The notes below the pieces were generated by a model, which was not told where the DNA came from, did not search any database, and saw only the letters and a list, made by a program, of their open reading frames with translations. 64,000 nucleotides of DNA from Chara braunii (taxonomy: Eukaryota > Plantae > Charophyceae). The DNA lies in the NCBI GenBank assembly GCA_003427395.1, contig BFEA01000027.1:1497885-1561884 (forward strand), given 5' to 3'. The number at the start of each line of letters is the position of its first letter. Position 1 is the first letter of the stretch. Shown piece by piece: positions 1 to 13,092 of the stretch. Made by a program: the position numbers and the translations under genes.

Positions 1-2024
1 ACCTCATCGCCACGCACATGATATTGACTCAAACATCACGACCTTCTTGTTGACTATGACATGGCTAACCCCCTGTTCTTCTCACCCTAAAGCCACCGCC
101 CCTTAATCATAAAACCCCATGATCAATCTCTCCCACTACCCCCGTATCTCGATATTAACTCCCTCTCATAATCTCTTCCTACCTAGACATGCTCTGCGAC
201 CGCCACCACGTATCACATGACATAACTTTCTTCTTCTATTACCCCGTGACTCCCACCGATGATACCCTCAATCTTGGATATTCTCAAATCTTTGTTCTCA
301 TAGATCTCAAATTTCTTAACCCACTATAATCTTTGGCGCTCTATCACTCTTAGACAGATATCCTAACCCGCAATACTGGACAAACCTAAACACTGATCGC
401 TAGCTCCGCACAAACATTATCCATCCTCCGTCATACTTCACCCGCTGAATCCGTTTGCTGGACACAACTGCCCCCATTCCCCCTCACTCCCACCGACCAC
501 CGTCCACATGGTTGACGAACCATGGTCACCTCCCCATACACTACACAGCATCCCCTACCACACGAAAGAAAGCACACAACCACTACATCCTCCAACCCCT
601 ACACGCATCTACACACTGACCCCGCGAGTCCGCAAGCGTCTTTTCACCCCCAAACGAACGAATATATTCCCCCTGAACTTCACAACTCATACAAAACACA
701 CTTCAAACCCTACCTGCACTTGTATAAATCACACGCTGTATGCAAACACGATGAAACAAAAATAATAGAAAAATTGTAACCCGATCGTCCGCTGCTTAAC
801 TCACACGTACCAACCTATTGAAACATAACAGTTGGTACCAACCACGACCTCCCCAAAAACACCTCATAATACATGGAGATCACCACTAATATCAAAAATT
901 ATTTGTGCCCCCCAGCTGAGTCCAACCCCCTACACCCCTCAATGTAATACTACCCCAACCGATACTTAATTATATATACACATACACGTATGTATAAAAA
1001 ATAAAAAAGAACAACAAAACCAAACGAAGTCACAACTGCCAATATCCGCTACCTATGCCGCTCCCCCATAAATGTCCATCCATTCAAATTTCGACTGACA
1101 CACCGCATGACCCGTCACTATTTACCTACGCACACACTACGGGCATTCCCCGATGTTCCCAGTCCCATACATTCGATCACACACGTAGGATTCGCATTCA
1201 TCGACCTTCACCCTTCCACCTCCCACATAAGATACCAAACTGAACTCTGTCACCCATTACCATTCTACTACCTCACTGNTGATGCAACCCACACTTGCAT
1301 AAAGACACACACAAGTGTTCTTAGCATAAAACTAAGGAAAGACGAGTCACATTCCGAAGCTACACTACCAGTGATGCAAAACAGAATGACCAAAAACGTA
1401 AATTAACAGCCATGCTTTCGCACAAACAACTCACACGCAACTGCTAAATTCCCTACCCCCTTGTACACAGAAAACACTTATTTATCATGGTTTCAAAGCA
1501 ACAATCCTATTCCATTATTATAATACCAGCCCAAAACGTATAGATTAAAGTCGTATCGTAACCTCTTAATTCATTTCTGATCCGATGGAAATCGGAAATC
1601 AACATAAACATGTCNCATCAGTTTAGCANCCAAGTACACACTAATTCCTTTAACTTCANGTAGTCCCCCCATTGNGCTATATGAGNCTATCTCCCCTTCT
1701 TCTGNGCAAAACACACTCCATACATTATCNAAGTAATCACCTTATGCACCCTTCCTAGTATAGCNCCTTCCAAAATTNCGNGTTATAACTCCCCANCCCC
1801 CCTAGTCTTTTATATCCCTAATATCGTGCAGTACCCTAAGNTGTCCTCCCCAAAANTAAAAACATATCCCTGACNACATACAAACTTAGGCCCAAAGTGT
1901 TTTCGCAAGCATCCACTTCCACCGCGACAAACTTGTTTNGTCTCCTCTACCCCACACATTACTATACNCCCACCACAACAGAGCACATGACATGACAACC
2001 GTCTGTCGCGCCAATATCCCCCCA

Positions 2025-2680
2025 CCCCCTTCCCCATCACACTACGATCCTCCTCAACTTTCCGACCCGGCATATATCGTCGTATATTATCAAATACCAT
2101 TAAACACGCTCCTTGATGATTAGGTCTATCACTTACAATCCACCTCCCTTTTCACCACTACCAGCAACCCCGCTCACAATGCTTCCCCCGTCCCAAACAT
2201 CAAACTAAAATCAATCCCCTCACCGACACACCACGACCTCCACACCCCACAACACCAACAAACCTTATGCTTCACACTATTCACACCTGAGNGTGATGCG
2301 ATTAACACAACCCCGTCCCCNTCCCCCCTCACCCNCANCCCCTTCCCCATCTATGATCCTCCACANCTTTCCTACCCGNCATGTATCATCGTAATTCATC
2401 AGATACTATTAAACANGCTCCTTGATGATTAGATCTATCTGTTACAATCCACCTCCCTTTTCACCACTACCAGCAACCCCGCTCATAATTCTTCCCCCAA
2501 CCCAAGCATCAAACTCAAATCAATCCCCTCACCAACACACCACACTACGACCTCCACACGGCACAACACTCGCTATCTATTGAACTCCAACAGACCTTAT
2601 GCTTCACACTCTTCACACCTGAAAGTGATGCGATTAACACAAGTCCTTCCCCCTCCCCCCTCACCCCAACCCCCCCCTAC
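2025..2680 (+). repeat. ~310-bp tandem duplication
   Basis: CTCCTTGATGATTAG.TCTATC...CACCTCCCTTTTCACCACTACCAGCAACCCCGCTCA occurs at ~2109 and ~2419. Confidence 0.9.
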
Positions 2681-3959
2681 CTTCACGATTCTTCTACGAA
2701 GCCATCCCATACAGCACATCGACATGACAACCTCCCCCAGTCCTTGCGCTCTTGTCATGTACACCCGCACGTTGACATCAAGCCCGGAAGCTTCGTCTCA
2801 CCACTAACCCCAATAGATTCTTAAGATACCCCCAATTTTCCATAATCCGACCAACACTCACACAAATCAACCATCCAACACACGAACACGCCTTAAATTG
2901 CAAACGCACAACGATGGTATAACCCACACACATCGACTTATTGGATCACACTCAATAACATAACCCAGTCAACCACAACTGGCTTTACCGTTTTAAAAGA
3001 ATAGCCCAATGACTTAAAGAATACAAGAACCAAGATCTTCAAGAAAACATCACAACACTGCACGACTTCATGACCTCGCACCTACTTTAGCATGGCCCTA
3101 ACCGTTAGAAAAAACTGACAACACCATTGATACAACGTACTCACGACACTCGCTAATAACCATTCAAATTCCGGATGGGCAATAACACACCGCTCAATCC
3201 AACCAAGACCATGACACTCCTATCATGCAAAACAAGGACCCCTTCATTATACCATAGCCACACGATAATCCAAACACTTCCCAATCCTCTTCGTACCACA
3301 CACGACATTAACCTCGAATGTCACAACCCACTGTATGCCAACCAAAAAAGAATACGCTTCATCAACAACATTATCTCCCCTCCCACTCCACATAGGATTG
3401 CAGATTGCTCATAGAAAGCCGACCGACTCATACAATCATGGCACCTATCACCAACCGATACCGTAATACACTTCTAATACAACCCAAACGCACTCAACGT
3501 CCCCAGATGAATTTTTGGATACGACTTCACTACCACTACAAATGATACAAGTCGCGATCCCCAAGAAAAAGGAAACAAAAGGAAACAACGCTTTCTCCTC
3601 CTAAAACTTGCGTAAAGCAGGACGCAATCCCATAAGCAATTTCCGCCCCTGCTCTCCGAACATCATAACGAACTCTGTCACAGCTTCCATCTCCTTTTTA
3701 ATTTGATAAGTCTATGCGGTCCCCCAACTCACATAACCTCTTCAAAACGACCAATCTTACAATTATAGCTCAACAGAACACCAAACGACATCCAATACTC
3801 TAAACACAATAACACCTACTCACCTTCCATCCTAACTCAAAACCCATTTGAAATAATCGCCTCAACCCTACCTACGTAAAATCCGCCGACGACACCAAAT
3901 TTGACTCCTCAAAAAAAACAAAAGGGTTGCGCACAATGACACACAAGCAAATATATTCC

Positions 3960-4730
3960 TGTAACCTAATATACACATCTGAGGACATCTTCCCATACGA
4001 GAGAACTTCGCCGCCACTACGCCTCCCGCAAACCAAATCCGTCTACGATATCACCTTGACCCTAAAAACTATGCACGATAACAACAGACGTACTATCCGC
4101 GCTAGTACCATCAAAACGGTATGGCCTCGTATATCCCCTGAATCTGGTTATGTATTCACAACATACACTGTCCCCACCACACCAACACAACATTGACACC
4201 TCGATAGACAAACCAGGCACCTGCTGAATCTAATCAACAGACAGCTCTTCAACTTTGATACTCCTCTGCGCAATCCAACGCGCCCATCACATCAATCATA
4301 CATATCCGAACGTAACTCCCCATGCAAATAGGGCCTTGCCTCCAAGGGCGCATCCAAAATCGCCTCCCATTCAGCAATTCCAACTAGCCTACCATCGTGT
4401 TCTATAGCTATCACTGAAAGTAACAAACGAACTATCCTCTCGATAATATCTGCAGATCTCCCTGCATGACGATTTGGTACGTCATCATGAAGCTTTGTCA
4501 CAAACACCGCCGCATCACGTAGATCATCTCCAACATACCCTAGCCCCACGTCCATACGCAACATCAACACGCCATCAGCATCCACTTCATATGTGCGATA
4601 ACCGAAACGTGTATCCGCCGCTACAAACCCAAAATCACGTGTCGGCTGATGATCCCGACACTCCACCATCTCGTATATGATCACGGTCCGGCCTCACACT
4701 TGCCCACGACACACCACGGATGCTGCCATG
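3960..4730 (-). pseudogene. Antisense ORF of unknown function with an internal ~113-aa repeat
   Basis: ORF 4292-4684 extends to an ATG at 4730 through one TGA. RIVRLLLS...G(E/K)..SD(M/V)Y occurs twice, in frame, 339 bp apart (4418-4438 and 4079-4099), with different codons. Confidence 0.5.
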
Positions 4731-6183
4731 GCTGAGCTCAACCTTGGCAAGAAAAACCCTCAACTGGAAGAACCACCAACCAGTACAAATGAACACATAA
4801 ATCATGATAATGAGGGCTTTAGTATCATAGTACCATTATCATGAAGAAACCACCGCCAAAAAACACCAGCGATCTCAACCCTTCACTCAGTTCAAAGCCT
4901 TTTATCCTATCTATTGCTAGCGACTCTTCCTATGCTTCCTCAGGTGCGTCGGACTTCTTAATTCTGAGTAAAATAAATAAATAAAAAATAAAAAATAAAT
5001 GCAAAAAGGCTACAACTCTGAAATGGACTGAACTGATATGGAAAATCCGGCTAGATCCAGAGGAGTTCTTCCCCTTTGGGTCATAGTGAGAAAGTGCGAT
5101 TTACCGCTGTCAATTTTCACCGCGTGTAGTTCTGGCCTGGACGCGTTTCCAGTTACCGTTTCACTCCGGCCCAGGTGCGTCTCCCCATGTTACCGTTTAC
5201 CCCTGACAGCGCACCCGTACTTTTCTTGGCCGTTAGCTAGTGTGCCGTCGGGTCTGTAACCTCAGAGTGCAACTCTGGATCTTGATCAGTCCATGTTCCA
5301 GCTAGTCAGCCGGTGTGCTGCTTCAGAAAATTCCACAAATGGGTATCTCAGTCTACCGATCCCCCTGCAGGAAATGACCAACCCCGGCCAGGGAGCCAGG
5401 TAGCCCGCCCGAGGTACCTGAGAAATAAAGACCCAAAAATTTATGGATCCTGGTCACCAACCAGTACACAACACTACACACATGTCACCCCCCTCAACAA
5501 TATAGCGACTCGCGAACTCAAAGTCCGTCAAATCCACACAACAATCACGCCACACAAACAAGATACTCAGTTCCCCCACACAACCCTTTATATAACCATC
5601 TCATCGGCCTCACACTGCCCGCTCCCCCAACCCCTCAACTTATTCACCCAACCGCTAGACTTAACCCTACACAAATCCGTAACAAACTCCACCCTATAAG
5701 ACTAATCCCTTGGAAAAATAAACATAACCCTTAAAACCTAAAAACAGTCATGAAACCGCCAACCTCGCACGGGTAACAACACAGACAACACCAGCGCGCA
5801 CTAACTAACCTCGCAACATTAACAAACCACGACACTATTAAACACATCTATTGCCATGTCTGATGTCCACATCATACCACACAAAATACATGAAAACAAA
5901 TAAGCACCTGAAAATCAATCGCCAAATCCCGCATATCCAAACGCCACTCACGCGCTCACCCCCGCACCGAAGCAACCCACAAAAACAATCTCAATACTCA
6001 CAACACTCCACGCTAAAGCCTCTGCCTGTAAAATTAGACGGTTAAAATCCACACATATATGACAATCTCAAATCTATACGCTCACATAAAAGCAATAAAA
6101 TGACCGTATGATTCACAATTCAATTTTTGTGGATAGGTACTAAGTTAGACATCTGTGTTATTAAGTCTGTAAATAACTGATAA

Positions 6184-7770
6184 GTGTTCCTACGCCAGGC
6201 TAACCCGTTGGTCACCTTCCTGTACATACGCCGACACATGATGAATCTCACTCACCTACTGGTTGCAGACCCACGGGCCACCATGGAACAACTTTGCGAC
6301 AGAGCCCCGTACAGGGACATGCCTCTGGCCAGGAAAATCCTGGCCACCCTCCTCCCTGCTACTAGCAAATCTCTGAGTACACTGACACCTTCCAAACGGA
6401 AGAATGCTCCCACCCCAGACATCATTCAACGAAGCAAAAACAGGCAAACAACCATCTCATTCACCACACCGCCAACAGCCCAACCACACACACCCGCAGC
6501 ACCCTGCTTGCACGCTGCTCACCCTCACACGTCTGCAAGCCCTGCGCACCCTCACACATCTGGAAGCCTTGCTCACCAGCACATGTCTGCAAGCCCTACG
6601 CACCTTCACACATCTGGAAGCCTTGCTCACCAGCACATGTCTGCAAGCCCTGCTCACCCTCACACGTTTGCAGGTCTGGCGCACCACCAACACCGGCAAC
6701 CAACACCTACCCGGCCCCCACCCACAACCCAGCATCCAGCCAGCACGTCTCGTCCGTTACAAGCTACACCATCCCAACAACCACCGCAAGCTTCCCTGCC
6801 AATCAATGCACAAACCCACACACGCGAACGCCCAATCACAACACGCTCACGCAAACGCAACACAACCGTTGCACCTCCAAAAAGATCTTAGAAAGGCAGA
6901 TGGCAAAAACGCAAGGATAGACTCGCTGCAGCAAAGATGGCACAACAACGCACCAACCTCCAACAGCCACCACCACCACTCCAACAACGAGACACTAACA
7001 CACGACAGACCAGCCAGCACAGTCGGCTCCCTCAGAACGACACCCAGCAGCCACAACCTCCTACGCAGCCGCAGGAACGAAACCGCCAACCACCCACACC
7101 ATTGCAGGAAATTGTACCTGATAACACAAACCTCCACTGTTCGCCCAAGCCACAAATGCCGCACAACAATGCATCACAACCAGCCACCATACAAGCACAA
7201 CAATTCATTCACTGCATCCTCACCGCCTGCATGCAGCAGCCTAACACTGCAACGTACCTTCCCCCCCCTGCTCCACCTATTGCACCTGCCACCTCCCACA
7301 ACACGCCCCAAACCCGAAGTTGGATGCCTACAATTCACCAACTCCTCTCCCAACATCAACAACAAGCACGACCGGCAGCCTCCCACACGCAAGGAACTGG
7401 ACGTCAAAATCCGATCATCCTTGCGTCTGAGTCTCCGGACACACCACTCAGAATCCACAACGACATAAGCTTCCTACTTGAGCCCTACGACGTTGAGTGT
7501 TCACTAATTGACCCAAACCTCGACGAAAGCTACTCCACGGACATAGTACAGGAAACTCCTGCACCACAGGCTACAACCAAGCCCATCAGAAGAAGCCTCA
7601 GCGAAGAATTCACCCACAACGGACTGAAGCTCACGGATCTATGACCGATCTGGAATCAAGACTTCATTGGGCCCTGCTACATACGTAGCAGCCCGTACAG
7701 AAACCGCCTTGCCCGCCTCCTGACTATCAATAAGTGGCACTCTCCACATCAACAAACACACGAAGCATGA
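6184..7770 (+). pseudogene. ORF1-like Q/P/T/H-rich low-complexity protein, interrupted
   Basis: ORFs 6184-6891 and 6937-7644 share a frame and are split by one TAG. The frame reads on past the TGA at 7642 (PIWNQDFIGPCYIRSSPYRNRLARLL) to 7770. Confidence 0.5.
6530..6675 (+). repeat. 27/54-bp tandem repeat within ORF1
   Basis: Units of GTCTGCAAGCCCTGC.CACCCTCACAC and TCTGGAAGCCTTGCTCACCAGCACAT, encoding SASPAHPHT/SGSLAHQHM. Confidence 0.9.
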
Positions 7771-8533
7771 AGATTGGTACAAGTCGGCGACTCCAGCAGC
7801 CTGACGTACGGCGATGGTGCTCCTCTGACGACGACGACTACTTGACTGAGATGATAGTGTTGATTCTCATCCCAGAAGATCTACTACCAACACTATGGCT
7901 CCATCAAGGGATTGTTTGCCCAAGGGACTCGGTCACATTGACCTCGCTTGACAGATAGTACGAATATTGAACACCATTGCTGGCCCTATGTAGGTAGTTA
8001 GTAGATGGTTTCCGATATCTCATAACCATTGAGGTTCCTGAATTTTGGATAAGACAAGAGGTTACAAGGCTTTGTACTCTCCTGCGCATTCTCAAAATTC
8101 TCCCCTTTGCTCTTTCCTCAACCCCTTCTCCTTCCCCTCTGTCTCTCCCTCCCTGTCCCCTCCAGCTCCATCTCTACCGTCTGCTCTCCCCTCCTCACCC
8201 CTTATGACTCACTTACCACAACTGACCCTGTGCTTGCAACTGCTCCTACCCGCCTCCCCTCTTATTCCACCCATTCTAATGTCACCCCCATCCCTACACT
8301 TCCCAGCAACTTGTATCAAGAACAGTGAATAACTCCTGAAAAAAACAGTCTGTTCCTTCCCTGCCAAGCCCTGGGTATAGGTGTGTTCCTACGACCGTGT
8401 GTATCTGTGCATACGTGAAGATCTGTGTAACTGTGTATGTATCTGTGTGTGTATGTATATGTGTGTGTGCCTGAGAGTGGTGTGTATAATTGTAGGTGTG
8501 TACCTACATGCGTCAAAATCCAGATCGACACCC

Positions 8534-8935
8534 ATGTCAAGTCATCCACATTCCTATGTATTGATCTACCCCCCCTCCCCTAATCCCAATTCAGCCGAAA
8601 ATAGCAACTTACCATTCCCCAAAATCCGAAAGTACGCCCCTATTGTCCCTAATATGAAAAAAATACACCAGCCCCGCCCCTAACTCCACCAATGCCACCA
8701 CTACAGGCACCACTACACAGTTCTCTAATGTAGCCTGCAAATATAAGAATTGCCCCCTATATATACACAAACACACATCCCTGCCCACAGTTAAAGAATG
8801 CAGTCGCACATAACCCCAACCGTTAAATAACAGATACGGCAGCCCCTTCCCCAACTATATAAAAATCACCCTAACATCACAAATCAGTCTCTGAATATCC
8901 AAGTCGCCCACTAACAAATTCCCCTCCATCTTGAA
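8534..8935 (+). pseudogene. Degenerate N-terminal GIY-YIG endonuclease of the PLE
   Basis: SYVLIYP..PNSAEN is three single-base changes from the YxL..YxGET motif (AAT/TAT, GCC/GGC, AAT/ACT). A KE....QPLN-like C-terminal motif lies near 8795-8830 in another frame. The position 5' of RT fits the permuted Naiad/Chlamys layout. Confidence 0.4.
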
Positions 8936-11056
8936 TTGCAGGAACCCTTCCGAAGGATTCAACAGCTACCGCATGGGAGACTAGGATGGCGTAACACCAA
9001 GGAACAACCCAGACACATAATTCACCCCCACTACAGAAACCGGCTATGCGAACGGGTTAAACCCAGAACCCTATTCGAATCCATCATAACAAAATTCATC
9101 CCACAAGCAAAACATTCACTAGATTCCTTCACCTTTGGCTGGATATACGACAATCACATTGCACAACTGCTATATAAACCAGCGCAAGTCTTTCAAAAAT
9201 TTGATCCTGAAGACTGGGCTAACCAACAGACAGGGCAATGTTACTGTCAACAACCCCGATTTAACCCCTACCTCTCCCAGCTAGCAGACGGACTGCTCCC
9301 AGAACACATGGAACCACATGTCGTCACATTAGACATGAACATCTTCACTAGCCCCCACCTCAAAGCCATGATTGACGCAGGACTCAACCACATACCCTTG
9401 ACACAGAACAACCCACAAGATGTACTACTTGAATGTACTAAAGCATGGGAAAAGGTGGTCAACATCCTCCAAACAGAAAACATGATTCAATCAGAACAAA
9501 TAGACTACGCAACACAAGAATTACACAGAATACTCACAAACACACTACGAAGATACCATAAAAATAATGCAATAAACCTCCATAACCATGCAATTAAGAA
9601 ACAAATAGACTATATTACCTCTAACTTCTATATATCGGGCATAGACAAAGCACCCAACACACCTAGCCTCTGCTGTATCAACATACTCAGGTTCCTTGCA
9701 CTTCAAGGACTCGCATGCACTGATTTCATTCCAATTTCGGTTAGTAAGAACGAACTACTACACAACCTATCGGCAGAACTTGCTACACACTTCCCGCTCA
9801 TACCCATCGGCGAACCTATCATACCATACTTATTTGCTACCTACAAAAAACACAAAAAAAACTTCCGTTGGCTCACTAATGCAGCAAACGTTGTGTTTTC
9901 CCCACTCGCCGATGCTTGCTCTGTGATTCTCAATAAACTCAAACACGAAGTTCAAGAACACTGTGGCCACCTCTCCGAACAAACCCACCTCAGTACGGAA
10001 GTTAAGGTTCCATTCTGGTGGATAATTGACTCCACAACTGACTGCATTTACAATATCCCCAACCAAATCCACAATGTATTTGTTGCTGATATCTCACGAT
10101 GTTACGAAACCATCCCAATAGACCAATCACCTGAAAGCCTACCCAACGCAATCAATTTCTTCCTCCGGATTGCCTTTGCCAATGCAAGGAAAACATATGG
10201 CAGACAAGCCACACTACACCTTATTTCCAAAACTAACAAAGACCCCCCCACCTTTTATTGCTATTGGCATCCTGACCCTACCAGGCAGTCCCTGACTATC
10301 ACTGACATCTTGCACATGAACAATTGGCTGATCAACAATGTATACACATCCCTTGGCAACCACATTTGGAAACAAATCCTGGGCATACCCATGGGTGTGA
10401 GCTGTTCCCCTATCTGGTGTAATATATATTTCTTCATGTTTGAATATAAATTCATGAAAAAACTCACACACAACAAAAACAAACATCTCCTACCACTCTT
10501 CACACACACATTCAGATACTTTGATGACCTACACACGATCAGTAACCCCAGAATTCTTGACTTTCTCAACCCACAAAACACAAGTCCTAGAAGGATCTAC
10601 TTTCTCTACCCCCTCAAATACGTAACAATAAACGATCAAACCACATACACCCCCAACGCGGATCTAAGACCAATCGACACAGAATGCAATTTCCTGAACG
10701 TTACTGTTAAAATATCCAACAGTCAAGAAGGGCTATTCTCTACCCATAAACACGATAAGAGGGACACGCTGAATTTTAATATCATACACCTACTCAAATA
10801 TAACTCCAACCGTCCCATTAATCAGTCATTGAAGACACTTATCCCACAAATTGCCACGATAATGACAATAGAAAATAACAGTGCCAATGCAGCAACACAA
10901 ATCCTCAAACTCATAAATATTATGAGAGATAACGACTTCCCCAAACATCATTGCTTCCAAATATCATACAATACACTGACTAATTACCACAAATTCCAGC
11001 CATTCCGATGTTCACCACGCGAGACACTTGCAATTTTAAATGAACTTTCTCACTAA
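8936..11056 (+). CDS. Penelope-like reverse transcriptase (Naiad/Chlamys clade), ~706 aa; true start probably upstream
   Basis: Motifs in order: CYC...HVVTLD linker, GIDKAPN, PYLFATYKKHK..FRWLT, VADISRCYETI (motif A), QILGIPMGVSCSPIWCNIY (B'), RYFDDL (C), NFLNVTV, HDKRDTLNF. No C-terminal GIY-YIG before the stop. Confidence 0.92.
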   Translation: MQEPFRRIQQLPHGRLGWRNTKEQPRHIIHPHYRNRLCERVKPRTLFESIITKFIPQAKHSLDSFTFGWIYDNHIAQLLYKPAQVFQKFDPEDWANQQTGQCYCQQPRFNPYLSQLADGLLPEHMEPHVVTLDMNIFTSPHLKAMIDAGLNHIPLTQNNPQDVLLECTKAWEKVVNILQTENMIQSEQIDYATQELHRILTNTLRRYHKNNAINLHNHAIKKQIDYITSNFYISGIDKAPNTPSLCCINILRFLALQGLACTDFIPISVSKNELLHNLSAELATHFPLIPIGEPIIPYLFATYKKHKKNFRWLTNAANVVFSPLADACSVILNKLKHEVQEHCGHLSEQTHLSTEVKVPFWWIIDSTTDCIYNIPNQIHNVFVADISRCYETIPIDQSPESLPNAINFFLRIAFANARKTYGRQATLHLISKTNKDPPTFYCYWHPDPTRQSLTITDILHMNNWLINNVYTSLGNHIWKQILGIPMGVSCSPIWCNIYFFMFEYKFMKKLTHNKNKHLLPLFTHTFRYFDDLHTISNPRILDFLNPQNTSPRRIYFLYPLKYVTINDQTTYTPNADLRPIDTECNFLNVTVKISNSQEGLFSTHKHDKRDTLNFNIIHLLKYNSNRPINQSLKTLIPQIATIMTIENNSANAATQILKLINIMRDNDFPKHHCFQISYNTLTNYHKFQPFRCSPRETLAILNELSH

Positions 11057-11188
11057 AAGCCATGTGTGTGTGGCTAGTGCAAACTCACTAGCTGGATCGG
11101 ATGGGGGACCCATAACCCGTGAGGGGGATAAGTCCGCCATCCGTTCCTGATCCCCCTCATGTCCCTCATCACGAGGGAACGAGGGAGG

Positions 11189-11233
<45 letters not shown>

Positions 11234-11679
11234 ACAACCAACCTCCTTTAAGCAAAACAACAAACCCACACATTCCTAGGATAGCTAACCGATCTCTACC
11301 AGACCCTTAAAAAACCAGCAAGTACCTTGGTAACTAACCCCCCCATAATACCATGGATAAATGCACATACAAATAAATCTANCATATAAAATAGGAGATG
11401 GCCCGNCAATACAGAAAACAAAATAAAAGAGCACCAAAGAACCCTTTGCACTAATCAACACAAGAATGCACCACCCAGAAATAGGGCCAAAAAACAACCC
11501 GTAATGCTAAAAAAACAACCCCCCCCCAAAAAATAAAAATGAGCCCCCCTAAAAACTTAAAAAAAAAAAAAAACGAAACCTGACTCCCCCCCAAAAAAAC
11601 GACAAATTCTTGAAACGACACTAACATTCCCGCCACTATCGACAGCACGCAACACATCACTCCTCTCCCCCGAAATATG

Positions 11680-11952
11680 CGCCATTGACTCCACTACCAT
11701 ACACCATCCTGCACATACCCAAACAAACATCTCAAAAGCCACAACCGGTCAATATACGAAAAACATGCACATTGCCCGCTCGATCGGGACTCCCGCCATC
11801 TCCCTGCATGATGTCATGCGGTTTTTTTGCCACTGACTCCACTACCATACACCATGCTGCACACGCCCAAACTCACACCTCACACGCCACAACCGGACAT
11901 TTTGAGGAAACGTGCACATTGCTCACTCGATCGGAACTCCCGCCATCTCCTT
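11680..11952 (+). repeat. ~148-bp tandem duplication
   Basis: TGACTCCACTACCATACACCAT...TCGATCGG.ACTCCCGCCATCTC occurs twice. Confidence 0.88.
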
Positions 11953-12673
11953 NCACGACTAACACTGATGCTTACACACTGACACACAACCCCAGACCCT
12001 GAGTACCAGTACTCCCCGTCAAACAGCGCACACATCCCAGGTACTATCCCCCAAATCACCCGCAGACACTCAAGATTCCCCTCGCCTCACCCTCCCTCAC
12101 CATACCTGATCACACACACATATCCAAGCCCCCTCTATTCACGCCCTGACTCCCCCTCGCTTCTATCCCAACCCTCTGCTTGCTCGCCGCCCACTACCCT
12201 CACCACAATGAACACTTCCCCAACTTTCTTTAAAGTCGGCCAATGGGTATCTCCACTCCCCAGCACGGAGACCCCCACTGTTGGCGACAGCTGCAGTCCC
12301 TNTGTTTTCCCTTCATGTCTCTCTCCCCTCTTCTTTCCTACTCCCTCAGACTCGGTGCTGAGAGTGGATTGCTACCACNCTCCATAGCCACCTGAGAAAG
12401 GAGGGTCCTATAGTCTCACCTTCTCACCGTGCTCCACGACAGTGGATCGACGGATATCCAGTGAGATTGTGCTCGGCAGAACGTTGCTGAATAGNCGTTT
12501 TCTGCGACCACAGTGNGTGCACTCCTACGAGTGCGTGGACAGAGATGGCTGCCATGGATGAGTGTCTCGNCGAGGTGGAAGCCAACGAGCACATGGTAAG
12601 TGCTTCCTACTTACCGCATTGCTCTCATCCTGCCACTACACCCCATCACTGTGANTTTGGGAGCCAGAGGATC

Positions 12674-12729
12674 ACCACCCTCTGATGAGCCGTGATTGGT
12701 GCTAANGGCGAAAAGNGCTTTAGGGGATG
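12674..12729 (+). ncRNA. Type I hammerhead ribozyme with minimal stem III (PLE-associated)
   Basis: CCCT-CTGATGA-GCC(loop)GGC-GAAA-AGnGCT-TT-AGGG: conserved core, stem II GCC/GGC, short near-palindromic stem III, stem I CCCT/AGGG. Confidence 0.7.
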
Positions 12730-13092
12730 CACCACCCCTCCTCCACTAGCCAATACTGCTAGTGTTTGATGGCATTGACCATCATGCTCCCTTTCTCCCC
12801 TTGTCCCTCCCCTCCTTTCCCCGTCGGTTGCTGCTCTGAGCTGGTGGACTACGGCACTATGTCGTCGAGGTAAGAATCCTAACCCATACCTATGATCAAA
12901 GTATGCCGTGTTTATGGAGATTCCCGTGTTCGGGTTGCTATGGTTGCGTATGCATTTCAAACACACACATCGGACATTGTCTTGTCGCAATGCAGGGGTT
13001 AAGCCCACCTGCTGATCTCCTACCTGAGCACACGCTGCTACTACGATCTAAATGGTACGGCGAGGAACACACCAAAACGCAAATAGTGTGTT

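Noticed and set aside
5340-5460. HDV-like ribozyme
   Set aside because: I could not assign the nested double pseudoknot or the catalytic C by eye; kept only as a structured island.
6404-7468. 354-aa alternative-frame ORF
   Set aside because: Shadow of the A/C-rich ORF1; stop codons are rare at this composition.
11095-11155. SECIS element (some Naiads encode selenoproteins)
   Set aside because: The stem has an unpaired AA and an apical mini-stem but lacks the AUGA/GA quartet, and the RT ORF has no in-frame TGA.
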